Shown here piece by piece: positions 41,613 to 50,823 of a stretch of DNA of 64,000 nt. The DNA is from Bacillota bacterium (GTDB lineage Bacteria; Bacillota; DTU025), in assembly GCA_050951805.1 (NCBI GenBank), contig JBMNJT010000002.1, forward strand, positions 448,001 to 512,000. Direction: 5' to 3'. The notes under the pieces are model-generated. The model was not told the DNA's origin. It did not search any database and saw nothing but the letters and a program-made list of their open reading frames with translations. Position 1 is the first letter of the stretch, and every line of letters starts with the position of its first letter. The translations under genes were made by a program, and so were the position numbers.

Positions 41613-41995
41613 CTAAGTCTTGATAATGTGTTGCGTCATTCTCGAGCTCTTCGTAGCCTCGGCTTTCCCCGGTTGGCCTGCGCCAGGCAAATATCAGCCG
41701 TTAGAGTATTCCCACGAGATGCTCAATACTGGGGATGTAAACGGCCTTCATGATCAGTTGAGTAGTTGTTTGTTTGCGAAAGTATACTCAGATAAGCATT
41801 TCGTCCCCGGCTATCCCGAACGCCTGAGTATCGCTCCAAACAACTTCTTCCCGCTTGTTTCCTCATTCGAATCATCCTGGACGATCCTCTTACACTGCTT
41901 GAACATTACCCATAGGAAACGGTGTTATGCAAAGGCTTGCATCCCGATCGCAAAACTAGGCAGATTATGTCATGCTGGTTTATCGCAGGGTTCTA

Positions 41996-42050
41996 TTGAC
42001 ATAAGCGGAACCATATTGTACTATTGTCTTACGAACTATAACGTTATAGT
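41996..42050 (+). promoter_or_regulatory. sigmaA promoter plus LacI-type operator
   Basis: TTGACA (41996)-17 bp-TACTAT (42019); perfect 16 bp palindrome ACTATAACGTTATAGT (42035-42050) with central CG, upstream of a LacI gene. Confidence 0.85.
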
Positions 42051-42224
42051 AAATGCTATTTTAGCGATTTATCAATACAAATGCCAGCCATTTATACACA
42101 CATGCACTACCCGCCACTTGCGCGCAAGTATGTTCGGCGGGTCTGGGTTCCCGGTTTGACCGTCGTATTGCGCACGTTGCTTGAAGAATGTTACTACAGA
42201 CCTTCGGGAGCATGGGAGGCGGCC

Positions 42225-43466
42225 ATGATTAGCTCAGACAAATGTGAGTGCAATTCCAATAGCGAGAGTTTTGAAGGTGCAGAGGCTGTAGCGCATCGGA
42301 GTGGAAAGTCGGATACGGCCCAGGTCCCGGACGGCTCACGTGTTGCCGGCCAAGCATGCGACAAACGCGCAAGACGTGTCACCATAAGGGAGATTGCTGA
42401 AGCTGCAGGCGTATCTGTGAGCACAGTATCCCATGTCTTGAACGAATATGGGGATATTAGCCCCGATACGGAACGCCGTGTTCGGCAAGTCATGAAAGAT
42501 ATGAATTACTATCCGAGTGCGCTTGCCAGGCGACTGGTAAAGAAACGAAGCTACCTCTTCCAATTGCTCATTTTCTCAGCAGAAGGCCTCCACCATCCCT
42601 TTTTCTATGAAGTTATATGCGGAGTAACGGACGAAGCCGAGAAGGCAGGATACGAGCTGTTGCTCAGCGTCAAGGATTCGGGCGACAGGCGATGGCGCGA
42701 TTCCCTCAAGCGATGCTATGAATCGAAGGTCGAAGGTCTTATCGTCATGGGATCGCTGCCCGGCCCTGAGCTGTTCGAGGAGATCGGGGTCGGCGGGATC
42801 CCCACCGTATTCATTGATATTCCGTACGAAGGGCCCCGTGCTACTTATGTATCCTCTGACAATGTATGTGGTGCGCGGATGGCGACCGAACACCTCATTT
42901 CCTTAGGCCATCGCAACATAGCTTTTCTCGACGGATATGACACGGGATTGCCTGTTCAGCCTCTATTGCATGGAGGACCTGCCGTAGATGGATGCGGAAC
43001 TGATTCTGCTACGCCAATGTGGGGGATCTCCGAAGCACGCCGCGCAGGGTATGCTGAGGCTTTGGATGCCCACGACATCATCTTCGATCCGGACTTGATA
43101 CTTTACGGCGACTATACTCAGGAAGGGGCGAGACGTGCCGTGTTTCAGATGCTTCAGGAGCGTCCGGATGTCACGGCAATCTTTGCTATTAGCGATGTGA
43201 TGGCTATTGGCGCCATGCAAGCTGTGCGTGAGTCGGGGCGGAAGGTCGCCAGGGACGTGGCAGTAGTCGGTTACGATGACATAGAGTCTGCCTCCTATGT
43301 ACGGCCTGCACTTTCCACCGTCAAGCAACAGGGAGAGGAGATGGGGAGGAGTGCTGTCCGACAGGTTTTGCGCCTCATAGGCAACCCTGCTGAGGCGCCT
43401 GCAAAGGTTATTCTTCCAGTCGAGTTGGTGGTTAGAGAGTCTTGTGGTGCGGGGCGGGGCCGGTGA
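42225..43466 (+). CDS. LacI-family transcriptional regulator
   Basis: VTIREIAEAAGVSVSTVSHVLN HTH, YYPSALAR, VVGYDD, LSTVKQ, LVVRES; ATG 42225 after GGGAGG. Confidence 0.95.
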   Translation: MISSDKCECNSNSESFEGAEAVAHRSGKSDTAQVPDGSRVAGQACDKRARRVTIREIAEAAGVSVSTVSHVLNEYGDISPDTERRVRQVMKDMNYYPSALARRLVKKRSYLFQLLIFSAEGLHHPFFYEVICGVTDEAEKAGYELLLSVKDSGDRRWRDSLKRCYESKVEGLIVMGSLPGPELFEEIGVGGIPTVFIDIPYEGPRATYVSSDNVCGARMATEHLISLGHRNIAFLDGYDTGLPVQPLLHGGPAVDGCGTDSATPMWGISEARRAGYAEALDAHDIIFDPDLILYGDYTQEGARRAVFQMLQERPDVTAIFAISDVMAIGAMQAVRESGRKVARDVAVVGYDDIESASYVRPALSTVKQQGEEMGRSAVRQVLRLIGNPAEAPAKVILPVELVVRESCGAGRGR

Positions 43467-43661
43467 AGTTGGCGTTGGCCCTGCTACTCGTCGATCAGGA
43501 GGTGGTAAAGGACTTCAGAAGTCTCGAGATTGAGGAATCCGGTTTGGTATGGGCTATGTTGTCTGTGAGCGATTAATGTTGACTCGAGTACGGCGAGGTT
43601 TGAAGGGTCCGATGTTGTCTCCGACCGTGCGACGGTCGAACTTGGAAGGAGGTAACCAATA

Positions 43662-44924
43662 ATGAAGCGGGCGATTGCATTCATATTGACGGGTGTCCTG
43701 TTCTTCGCTCTAGCGGTGCCGATGGGCGCTTTGGCTCAGAAGAAGGTCACGTTCACTCTTTGGACCAAGGAAGGCGAAGTGACAGGAGGGGTGCTGGAGG
43801 ACATTGTCGAGCTGTCAAAGGAGTTTGCTAAATCCCGTCCCGGGCTCACCATTGAAGTGGTCAGTTATGGCGTCGAGGAATTGAGGCAGAACTTCCAGGC
43901 TGCTGCCTTTGCCGGGCAGGGGCCGGATCTTCTTTGGACTGTGTCGGACCATGCTGGCCCATTTGTCGCCATGAAAATTATCAAACCTGTCGACAACATC
44001 TTTGGGAAGGATTTCTTGAAGGAGTTTGTAAGGCCAGGGCTTGAATGCGTGGAGCTTGACGGCAAGACGTGGGGAGTCCCCATTAGCGTTGGGAACCATC
44101 TGATGCTTCTGTACAACAAGAATCTGCTTAAAACGCCTCCTAAGAATACCGACGAGATGATCAAGGTCGGCAAGGAACTGACGCGCGACCTGAACAAGGA
44201 CGGCGTGCCCGATCAGTACGGACTCGTTTACAATCTGAACGAGCCGTTTTTCTTTGCTCCATGGCTTGGAGGGTTCGGAGGCTGGCCCCTCGATGGCACA
44301 AAGCCCACGCTGAACACTCCGGCGATGGTTAATGCTCTTCAGTTCGTGCACGATCTGAAATTCGTCCACAAGATTGTGCCTGTGGAATGCGACTATGATG
44401 CAGCGGATGCACTATTTAAGGAAGGCAAGGCCGCCATGTTGATCAATGGTGACTGGTCACTCACGAGTTACCAGATGCCTGAGGTTAGGAAAAAGGTTGA
44501 TCTTGGTGTGGCCCGCATACCCATGATAAGCCAGACAGGGCTCTGGCCGACGCCCATGACATCGGGAATATACTTCATGCTCCCCGATTACCTGACGGGC
44601 GAGAAACTCCAGATCGCAAAGGAGTTTGTGGAGTTCATCTCATCTGACAAGGTTCAACTCCGTTTCCTCGAAAAACACATGCGTCTCCCAGCTACCGCGT
44701 CGGCGCTCAAGAACCCGAAGATAGCCTCTGATCCGCTTCTCAAAGGCTCTGCGGATCAGATGGTTGTTGGCAAGCCAATGCCAACCGTCCCTGAAATGAG
44801 GGCGGCTTGGGACGCCATCAGGCCTAATCAAGAAGCGGTCATGGCGGGCAAGATGTCGCCTAAGAACGCTGCCAAGGCAATGCAGGATGCTTGCGAGAAG
44901 TTGATTCGAGAAATGACGAAATAG
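43662..44924 (+). CDS. Sugar ABC substrate-binding protein (maltodextrin/MalE-CycB-like)
   Basis: Signal peptide without Cys; GQGPDL, LLYNKNL, FKEGKAAMLINGDW, PMPTVPEMRAAW. Confidence 0.92.
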   Translation: MKRAIAFILTGVLFFALAVPMGALAQKKVTFTLWTKEGEVTGGVLEDIVELSKEFAKSRPGLTIEVVSYGVEELRQNFQAAAFAGQGPDLLWTVSDHAGPFVAMKIIKPVDNIFGKDFLKEFVRPGLECVELDGKTWGVPISVGNHLMLLYNKNLLKTPPKNTDEMIKVGKELTRDLNKDGVPDQYGLVYNLNEPFFFAPWLGGFGGWPLDGTKPTLNTPAMVNALQFVHDLKFVHKIVPVECDYDAADALFKEGKAAMLINGDWSLTSYQMPEVRKKVDLGVARIPMISQTGLWPTPMTSGIYFMLPDYLTGEKLQIAKEFVEFISSDKVQLRFLEKHMRLPATASALKNPKIASDPLLKGSADQMVVGKPMPTVPEMRAAWDAIRPNQEAVMAGKMSPKNAAKAMQDACEKLIREMTK

Positions 44925-45000
44925 ACGGAAACCATGAAGCGAACGGTCCGGGTTGTTTTTTCGGCACAGCCCGGACCAATTTCCCCAGGAGGCGATTGAC

Positions 45001-46026
45001 GTGATCCCTTTGACTTGGGAAATTGCGTCCCGTGGGCTGACAGAAGCGGGAAGGATCCTCGTGATGCTGGCCGTCGGGGTCGCAGTCATTGAAGCGCTTG
45101 CGTATCTGATTTTGCACAAATGGCTGAAGCTAAAGAACGCGTTGCCTTTCATGCTGATACTCCCGGCATTCATTGCCGTGGTTGCACTGGTCATATACCC
45201 ATTCCTATTCAATCTTCAGCTCGCGTTCAGCAACATGAGCATGTACAGATTCAAGGAGTTCTCGGTTGGCCTTTCGTATGGCATCCAGAATTTTCTTGAT
45301 GTGTTCAGGGCACCGGTGCTTCAAAATGTGACCTTTGCCCAACTGCTCCTTCGGACGGTGGTGTGGACAGCGGTGAACGTCTTCTTCCATGTTCTAGGGG
45401 GGCTCTTTCTGGCGATCCTTCTGAACAGACCGCTCCGCGGCAAGGCGATATACCGCACTTTGCTCACAATACCTTGGGCGATTCCCCAGGTCATTGCCGC
45501 CCTTGCCTGGAAGAACGAATTCCATTATCAATACGGGTTTATAAATGTCTTGCTACAGAAATTAGGATTCGCTCCAGTTCAGTGGTTGTCGGATCCCAAA
45601 TGGGCTTTTGTTGCAGTCATAATAGTCAATATCTGGTTGGGCATCCCATTCATGATGGTGATAATACTGGGCGGACTCCAGAGTATATCGCCGGACTACT
45701 ATGATGCTGCTCAGATAGATGGAGCATCAGGGTTTCAGCAATTCAGGGCGATCACTATGCCGCTGCTCAAACCCGTTTTGACGCCTGCGATTATTCTCGG
45801 GGTAGTTTGGACCTTCAATAATTTCAACGTCATTTATCTCATAACCAAGGGCGGGCCTATGGAGGGAACTGATATTCTGGTCACTTCGCTTTACAAGGCA
45901 GTTTTCGAGTTTTATAGATATGGTTTTGGGGCTGCCTACTCCACTGTGATTCTCATCATCCTCCTTATCTTCACGTGGATATACCTGAAGGTGACCAAAG
46001 GGATGGGGGAGGTTGCGGACGCATGA
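45001..46026 (+). CDS. Sugar ABC permease (MalF-like)
   Basis: IPWAIP, NIWLGIPFMM, EAA-like loop DAAQIDGAS, FNNFNVIYL; AGGAGG before GTG 45001. Confidence 0.94.
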   Translation: MIPLTWEIASRGLTEAGRILVMLAVGVAVIEALAYLILHKWLKLKNALPFMLILPAFIAVVALVIYPFLFNLQLAFSNMSMYRFKEFSVGLSYGIQNFLDVFRAPVLQNVTFAQLLLRTVVWTAVNVFFHVLGGLFLAILLNRPLRGKAIYRTLLTIPWAIPQVIAALAWKNEFHYQYGFINVLLQKLGFAPVQWLSDPKWAFVAVIIVNIWLGIPFMMVIILGGLQSISPDYYDAAQIDGASGFQQFRAITMPLLKPVLTPAIILGVVWTFNNFNVIYLITKGGPMEGTDILVTSLYKAVFEFYRYGFGAAYSTVILIILLIFTWIYLKVTKGMGEVADA

Positions 46027-46898
46027 AAAAGGAAAGTTCGAGGATACACAGCTTCTTCAGGAGCGGGAAGGGAGACAGCCCCGCAAAGAAACTCTTGATT
46101 CATCTAATCTTGATAATGGCGTCAGTGATCGCCGTATATCCGTTTCTGCGAGTGGTGGCCATTTCGTTGCGACCGGGGTCGCAGTTGCTCTCGACTGATC
46201 TTTCGCTGATACCGTCCAATGCGACCTTGGAGAACTACCGTACACTCATATTTGAGAAGGATTTTACGATCTGGCTTTGGAACAGCCTTGTTGTCTCGCT
46301 TACCACTGTGATTGTTGGCATCGTGCTATCGGCCAGTGCCGCCTACGCTTTTTCAAGATGGGATTTTCCCGGGCGAAAACAAGGCCTTGTCTTTCTCCTG
46401 ACAACGCAGATGCTCCCCCCGAGCATGTTGTTGCTTCCTATCTATGTGATGGTTGTGAGGCTTCAGCTGTTCAACACCTATACGGGAATGATACTTGCGC
46501 ATTCTGTGGGCGCTGTGCCGTTTTCGATCTGGCTGCTCAAGGGATATTACGATACTATTCCCAGGGAACTCGAGGAAGCGGCCCTCGTTGACGGCGCCAG
46601 TCGCCTTGAAGCCTTCTACAAGATAATCATCCCTCTATCTACTCCGGCATTGGGTGTTTGCGGGCTGTTCAGTTTCATGACCTCGTGGAGCGAATTCATG
46701 ATGGCCAGAGTCATGCTGCAGAAGGCCGACCTGTTTACGTGGCCATTGGGTTTCCAGAAGCTTCTTGATCAGTTCACTACCCAGTGGGGAGTTTTCTCAG
46801 CGGCTTCGGTGTTGGTAGCCGTGCCGGCTATGTTGCTGTTTATGTATTCCTCGAAATGGCTCATATCAGGGCTCACGCTTGGAGGGGTGAAGGAGTAA
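46023..46898 (+). CDS. Sugar ABC permease (MalG-like)
   Basis: LKGYYDTIPRELEEAALVDGA, SGLTLGGVKE. Confidence 0.95.
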   Translation: MKKESSRIHSFFRSGKGDSPAKKLLIHLILIMASVIAVYPFLRVVAISLRPGSQLLSTDLSLIPSNATLENYRTLIFEKDFTIWLWNSLVVSLTTVIVGIVLSASAAYAFSRWDFPGRKQGLVFLLTTQMLPPSMLLLPIYVMVVRLQLFNTYTGMILAHSVGAVPFSIWLLKGYYDTIPRELEEAALVDGASRLEAFYKIIIPLSTPALGVCGLFSFMTSWSEFMMARVMLQKADLFTWPLGFQKLLDQFTTQWGVFSAASVLVAVPAMLLFMYSSKWLISGLTLGGVKE

Positions 46899-46984
46899 CG
46901 ATATCTGGGGGTCATCGTGGATACTGATGCAGTACAGATGGGAAGACGAAAAACCTTGATAGCTCCAATGTCCATTGGGGCAGT

Positions 46985-47030
46985 ATGGCAGCCAGGTGTA
47001 GCTTCAAATGAAGCTCAGCCTGGCTGCCAT
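46985..47030 (+). terminator. Long stem-loop after the mal-like operon
   Basis: ATGGCAGCCAGG...AGCTTCA-aa-TGAAGCT...CCTGGCTGCCAT. Confidence 0.55.
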
Positions 47031-47434
47031 GGTATTAGAACTGAGCATGGGTGCACTTTATGAAGTACTGGCGGCAGTCTCATGCGCTTTATGTCGTGGG
47101 TCACAGATGGAGACTACATCTGATTAACCTTGACTGCATTCAAGTTTGCCATGACACCCATACGCATGTTCAGTGCCACATCTCCGTGGGAACCGTTTCT
47201 TTAGGTTTTTATCGAATTAATGGTAGACGCCTTCATCTATATAGTGACAATGGAAATAGCATATAGGACAAAAGGAATAACAAGGGCGGTAGCGAATCTA
47301 CTTCCGTACTGCATGTCCAGACACGTAGTTTCGGGCAGCAAGCGTGATGTTGCTCTTTTCGATGCCTTCGTCAAACATGCGCAGCAAGGCAGGACGTGTA
47401 ATCCTATGTGGAAGGGGCGTTTGCGGTATTGCAG

Positions 47435-48331
47435 ATGGACCGTGCTAGCAGGAAACACCGTGAATTGAGGAAGTTTGTGCAGGGGTTCCTTTACCTAGTT
47501 CCTGCGATTGTTGTGTTTGTTGCTTTCGTCTTCTACCCGTTGGCCAACAGCATTAAGCTCAGCCTTTACCAAACGGATTTGTTTGGTAAAGGACAGGTGT
47601 TCGTGGGTGTGCAGCAGTACAAGGACATCTTTGCCAGCGGCGATTTTGGCCGGAGTCTCAAGATCACTTTCCTGTATGCCCTGTACACCGTCATACCGGG
47701 AATCGTGATTTCGCTGCTTTTGGCGCTAATGGCAAATTGGCGACTTGCCGGCATTCGGGTCTATCGAATGATATTCTCGTCTCCAATTGTTGTAGCGGTG
47801 GCTTCGGCCTCCATAATCTGGGCAATGATATTCAGTCCGGCCCAAGGCATGCTCAGATACATCCTTAGCCTCTTTGGACGCCCGCCTGTCAATTGGCTTG
47901 CAGATCCTAAATGGGCCTTGCTATCAGTTTCGATGGTGGCAGTCTGGCGCGGATTGGGCTTCAACACAATCCTACTCCTAAGCGGGATACAGTCTGTGTC
48001 AGAGGAACTATATGAGAGTGCAAAGCTTGATGGGGCTGGGCCATGGACGATGTTTTGGAAGATGACATTGCCGATGATCTCCCCGGTCTTGATGTTTCTG
48101 TTGGTCGTGTCTACCATAAATGCCCTCCAGTCGTTCGGGGAGATAAACATATTGACCCAGGGTGGCCCGGCAGGTTCCACCAAAGTGGTGGTTTACTCCA
48201 TATACCGAGAGGCCTTCTTCAACTACAACTTCGGTTTTGCAGCTGCTGAGGCCATGGTCCTATTCCTGATAGTTTTGATCCTCACCATCATACAGTTCGG
48301 GCTGATGGAAAGGCAGGTGTTCTATCAATGA
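47435..48331 (+). CDS. CUT1 ABC permease, UgpA-like
   Basis: ELYESAKLDGA, INALQSFGEINILTQGGP, VYSIYREAF; start approximate. Confidence 0.92.
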   Translation: MDRASRKHRELRKFVQGFLYLVPAIVVFVAFVFYPLANSIKLSLYQTDLFGKGQVFVGVQQYKDIFASGDFGRSLKITFLYALYTVIPGIVISLLLALMANWRLAGIRVYRMIFSSPIVVAVASASIIWAMIFSPAQGMLRYILSLFGRPPVNWLADPKWALLSVSMVAVWRGLGFNTILLLSGIQSVSEELYESAKLDGAGPWTMFWKMTLPMISPVLMFLLVVSTINALQSFGEINILTQGGPAGSTKVVVYSIYREAFFNYNFGFAAAEAMVLFLIVLILTIIQFGLMERQVFYQ

Positions 48332-49188
48332 CAACGACGCGCCACGTTACTGCCAATCAACACAGGAAAAGGGCGATGTGGCAAAAGGCCATATGTTACG
48401 TTTTCCTTACGCTTGCTGGGGTAGTGGTCTTTTTCCCGATTTACTATGCTATTGCAACGAGCTTTTTCACTCCAGCTGAGAGCTTGTCATATCCACCCAC
48501 GCTTTTCCCATCCAAGATTACGCTGGTCAGCTATGAGGAGGCCTTGAGGCGGGCCCCTGTATTCAGATTCATTCTCAATAGCTTCATAGTATCGGCCTCA
48601 GTCATGTTTGGGCAGCTTATTACGGCAAGCTTGGCCGCATACTCTTTCAGTTTCTTGGAATACAAGGGCCGTCAGGTTCTTTTCTACATAGTTCTATCCA
48701 CGATGATGGTTCCTTGGGAAGTGACGATAATATCGAACTACTTGACTATCAAGGCACTAAACTGGACTGATACTTACCTGGGTCTTTCAGTGCCGTTCAT
48801 GGCATCGGCATTTGGCATATTCCTCCTCAGACAAGGGTTCATGACGATACCGCGAGAGTTGAAAGATGCTGCAGAGATTGATGGATGCAGCGATCTGCGG
48901 TTCTTTACCACAATTGTGCTGCCGTTGTCTAGGCCCATGATGGCCACATTGGCCGTCTACACATTTCTTAATACCTATAACCAATATCTTTGGCCGCTTC
49001 TGGTTACCAATGTTGATAGAATGCGCACTGTCCAGATTGGCCTTGCCATGCTGCAGTGGGATGAGTCGGTAGCCTGGAACAGTACGATGGCGGGCGTCGT
49101 GATGGTCCTGGTTCCTACAGCCATATTAATGCTATTCGGTCACAAACAGCTGGTAAGCGGGCTTACGTCTGGGGCACTCAAAGGATAG
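48328..49188 (+). CDS. CUT1 ABC permease, UgpE-like
   Basis: AFGIFLLRQGF, DAAEIDG, YNQYLWPLL, RTVQIGL, GLTSGALKG. Confidence 0.93.
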   Translation: MTTTRHVTANQHRKRAMWQKAICYVFLTLAGVVVFFPIYYAIATSFFTPAESLSYPPTLFPSKITLVSYEEALRRAPVFRFILNSFIVSASVMFGQLITASLAAYSFSFLEYKGRQVLFYIVLSTMMVPWEVTIISNYLTIKALNWTDTYLGLSVPFMASAFGIFLLRQGFMTIPRELKDAAEIDGCSDLRFFTTIVLPLSRPMMATLAVYTFLNTYNQYLWPLLVTNVDRMRTVQIGLAMLQWDESVAWNSTMAGVVMVLVPTAILMLFGHKQLVSGLTSGALKG

Positions 49189-49322
49189 ATGACGAATCTG
49201 AGGCCTGCATGTGAGAAGAAATGTCTGGGGAAGGCGGTGATATGCGGCGGAGGATTGGCTAAACGTTAGGGTGTGCAGCCTGTGGTTTCGACCCGACCGA
49301 ATAATGTGGGGGAGGATTAAGG

Positions 49323-50651
49323 ATGTCCAATAAGCTGAGAACATGTCTACTCCTGTTGACCGTGTTGTTTCTCTCCGGGCTTGTGATGGATGTCAGCTCC
49401 GCGGGTCCTACAAAGATCGTCTTCTGGTATTCCGTAGGCGGTAAGGTCGCCGAGACTACGCGTGTGTTGGTGGACCGGTTCAATGCTACTCACCCTGATG
49501 TGTATGTGGATGCGATATATCAGGGGAGTTATGACGATGCCATGAACAAACTGAAAGCGAGCATACAGGGCAAGTCTACTCCGAATGTCATGCAAATATA
49601 CGAAATCGGCAGCAAGTTCATGATCGACTCAAATGCGATCGTGCCTGTTCAGAAATATATCGACAAAGAAAACCTCGATGTTTCTTCCTTCGAAAGGAAT
49701 ATACTAGCCTATTACGAGATCAATGACCAACTGTACTCTATGCCGTTCAATGTATCGACTCCTATTCTTTACTATAACAAGAATATGTTCCGTGAAGCTG
49801 GTTTGGATCCCGGAAACCCCCCGGTTACCTTCGATGATGTGGCTCGGTACGCCAAGATCTTAACCGTGCGTGACTCGGCGGGCAGGGTTTCCCGGCCGGG
49901 AATGGCGCTTGCAGTTTACGGCTGGTTCTTCGAGCAGTTCCTCGCCACATCCAATCTACTCTACGCCAATAATAACAACGGCCGGGACGGCGTTGCTACA
50001 GCAGTGGCATTTGCCAACCCTCAGGCTGCCTCGATTATAGATTGGTGGGTTGGAATGGTTCGGGAGGGCGTATGTGCTAATCTGGGAAGGAAGACAGCCG
50101 ATACCCAAAAAGCCTTTATATCCGGGCAGTGTGCCATGACTATTGACTCCACAGCTGTGCTGGCCACGATACTATCCGGTGTGGACGGCAAGTTCGAGGT
50201 GGGCACTTGTTATCTCCCAAGGCAAGCAGGGGCAAAGGGCGGGGTGATCATTGGCGGCGGCTCACTTTGGCTTCTAAAGGCTACTTCTGCGCAAGAGGCA
50301 GCATCATGGGAGTTCATCAAATGGATGAGCTCCCCCGAACAGCAGGCATTTTGGCACATCAACACTGGGTACTTCCCGATTACAAAGAAGGCATACGACA
50401 TACCAGCGGTCAAGCAGCACCAGGCCAAATACCCTCAGTTCACTACGGCGGTTAGTCAGTTGCGTGATAGCCCAATAACCAGGGCTACACAGGGTGCGCT
50501 GCTTGGCGTCTTTACTCAGGCTCGGGAAATAGTGGAGGACGCTATAGAGCAGGTTCTTGCTGGCAGGGCCACTTCACTCGAGGCTTTGAAGAAAGCAGCC
50601 CAGCAGATTGATGCAGCTATAGGTCGATACAACATGACTGTAGGCCGGTAG
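49323..50651 (+). CDS. ABC substrate-binding protein, UgpB-like (glycerol-3-phosphate/sugar)
   Basis: YQGSYDD, SMPFNVSTPILYYNK, IGGGSLW, WHINTGYFP; signal peptide without lipobox. Confidence 0.9.
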   Translation: MSNKLRTCLLLLTVLFLSGLVMDVSSAGPTKIVFWYSVGGKVAETTRVLVDRFNATHPDVYVDAIYQGSYDDAMNKLKASIQGKSTPNVMQIYEIGSKFMIDSNAIVPVQKYIDKENLDVSSFERNILAYYEINDQLYSMPFNVSTPILYYNKNMFREAGLDPGNPPVTFDDVARYAKILTVRDSAGRVSRPGMALAVYGWFFEQFLATSNLLYANNNNGRDGVATAVAFANPQAASIIDWWVGMVREGVCANLGRKTADTQKAFISGQCAMTIDSTAVLATILSGVDGKFEVGTCYLPRQAGAKGGVIIGGGSLWLLKATSAQEAASWEFIKWMSSPEQQAFWHINTGYFPITKKAYDIPAVKQHQAKYPQFTTAVSQLRDSPITRATQGALLGVFTQAREIVEDAIEQVLAGRATSLEALKKAAQQIDAAIGRYNMTVGR

Positions 50652-50752
50652 TCACTGGGCGCCTTGGCACATGGTTCTTCTTGCAACAGTGTTCGTGCTT
50701 TGAGTCTGGCCAATTTGTGCTCTAGACGACTTCAAAACGTTCGATCGGGCAC

Positions 50753-50787
50753 GCAAAAGCAAGGGCAACCCAGCTGTGGGTTGCCCT
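50753..50787 (-). terminator. Intrinsic terminator between convergent genes
   Basis: AGGGCAACCCA-gctg-TGGGTTGCCCT stem (50762-50787); U-rich tail on the minus strand. Confidence 0.75.
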
Positions 50788-50823
50788 CAATCGTGCCTTG
50801 TTTTGGCTATTGAGCAGTGGTTC

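Noticed and set aside
41620-42159. 179 aa ORF upstream of lacI
   Set aside because: It runs across a clear promoter and operator, has no RBS and no recognisable motifs
47187-47202. TGGGAACCGTTTCTT as a cre or LacI site before the ugp-like operon
   Set aside because: Only a partial match, and no clear promoter to anchor it
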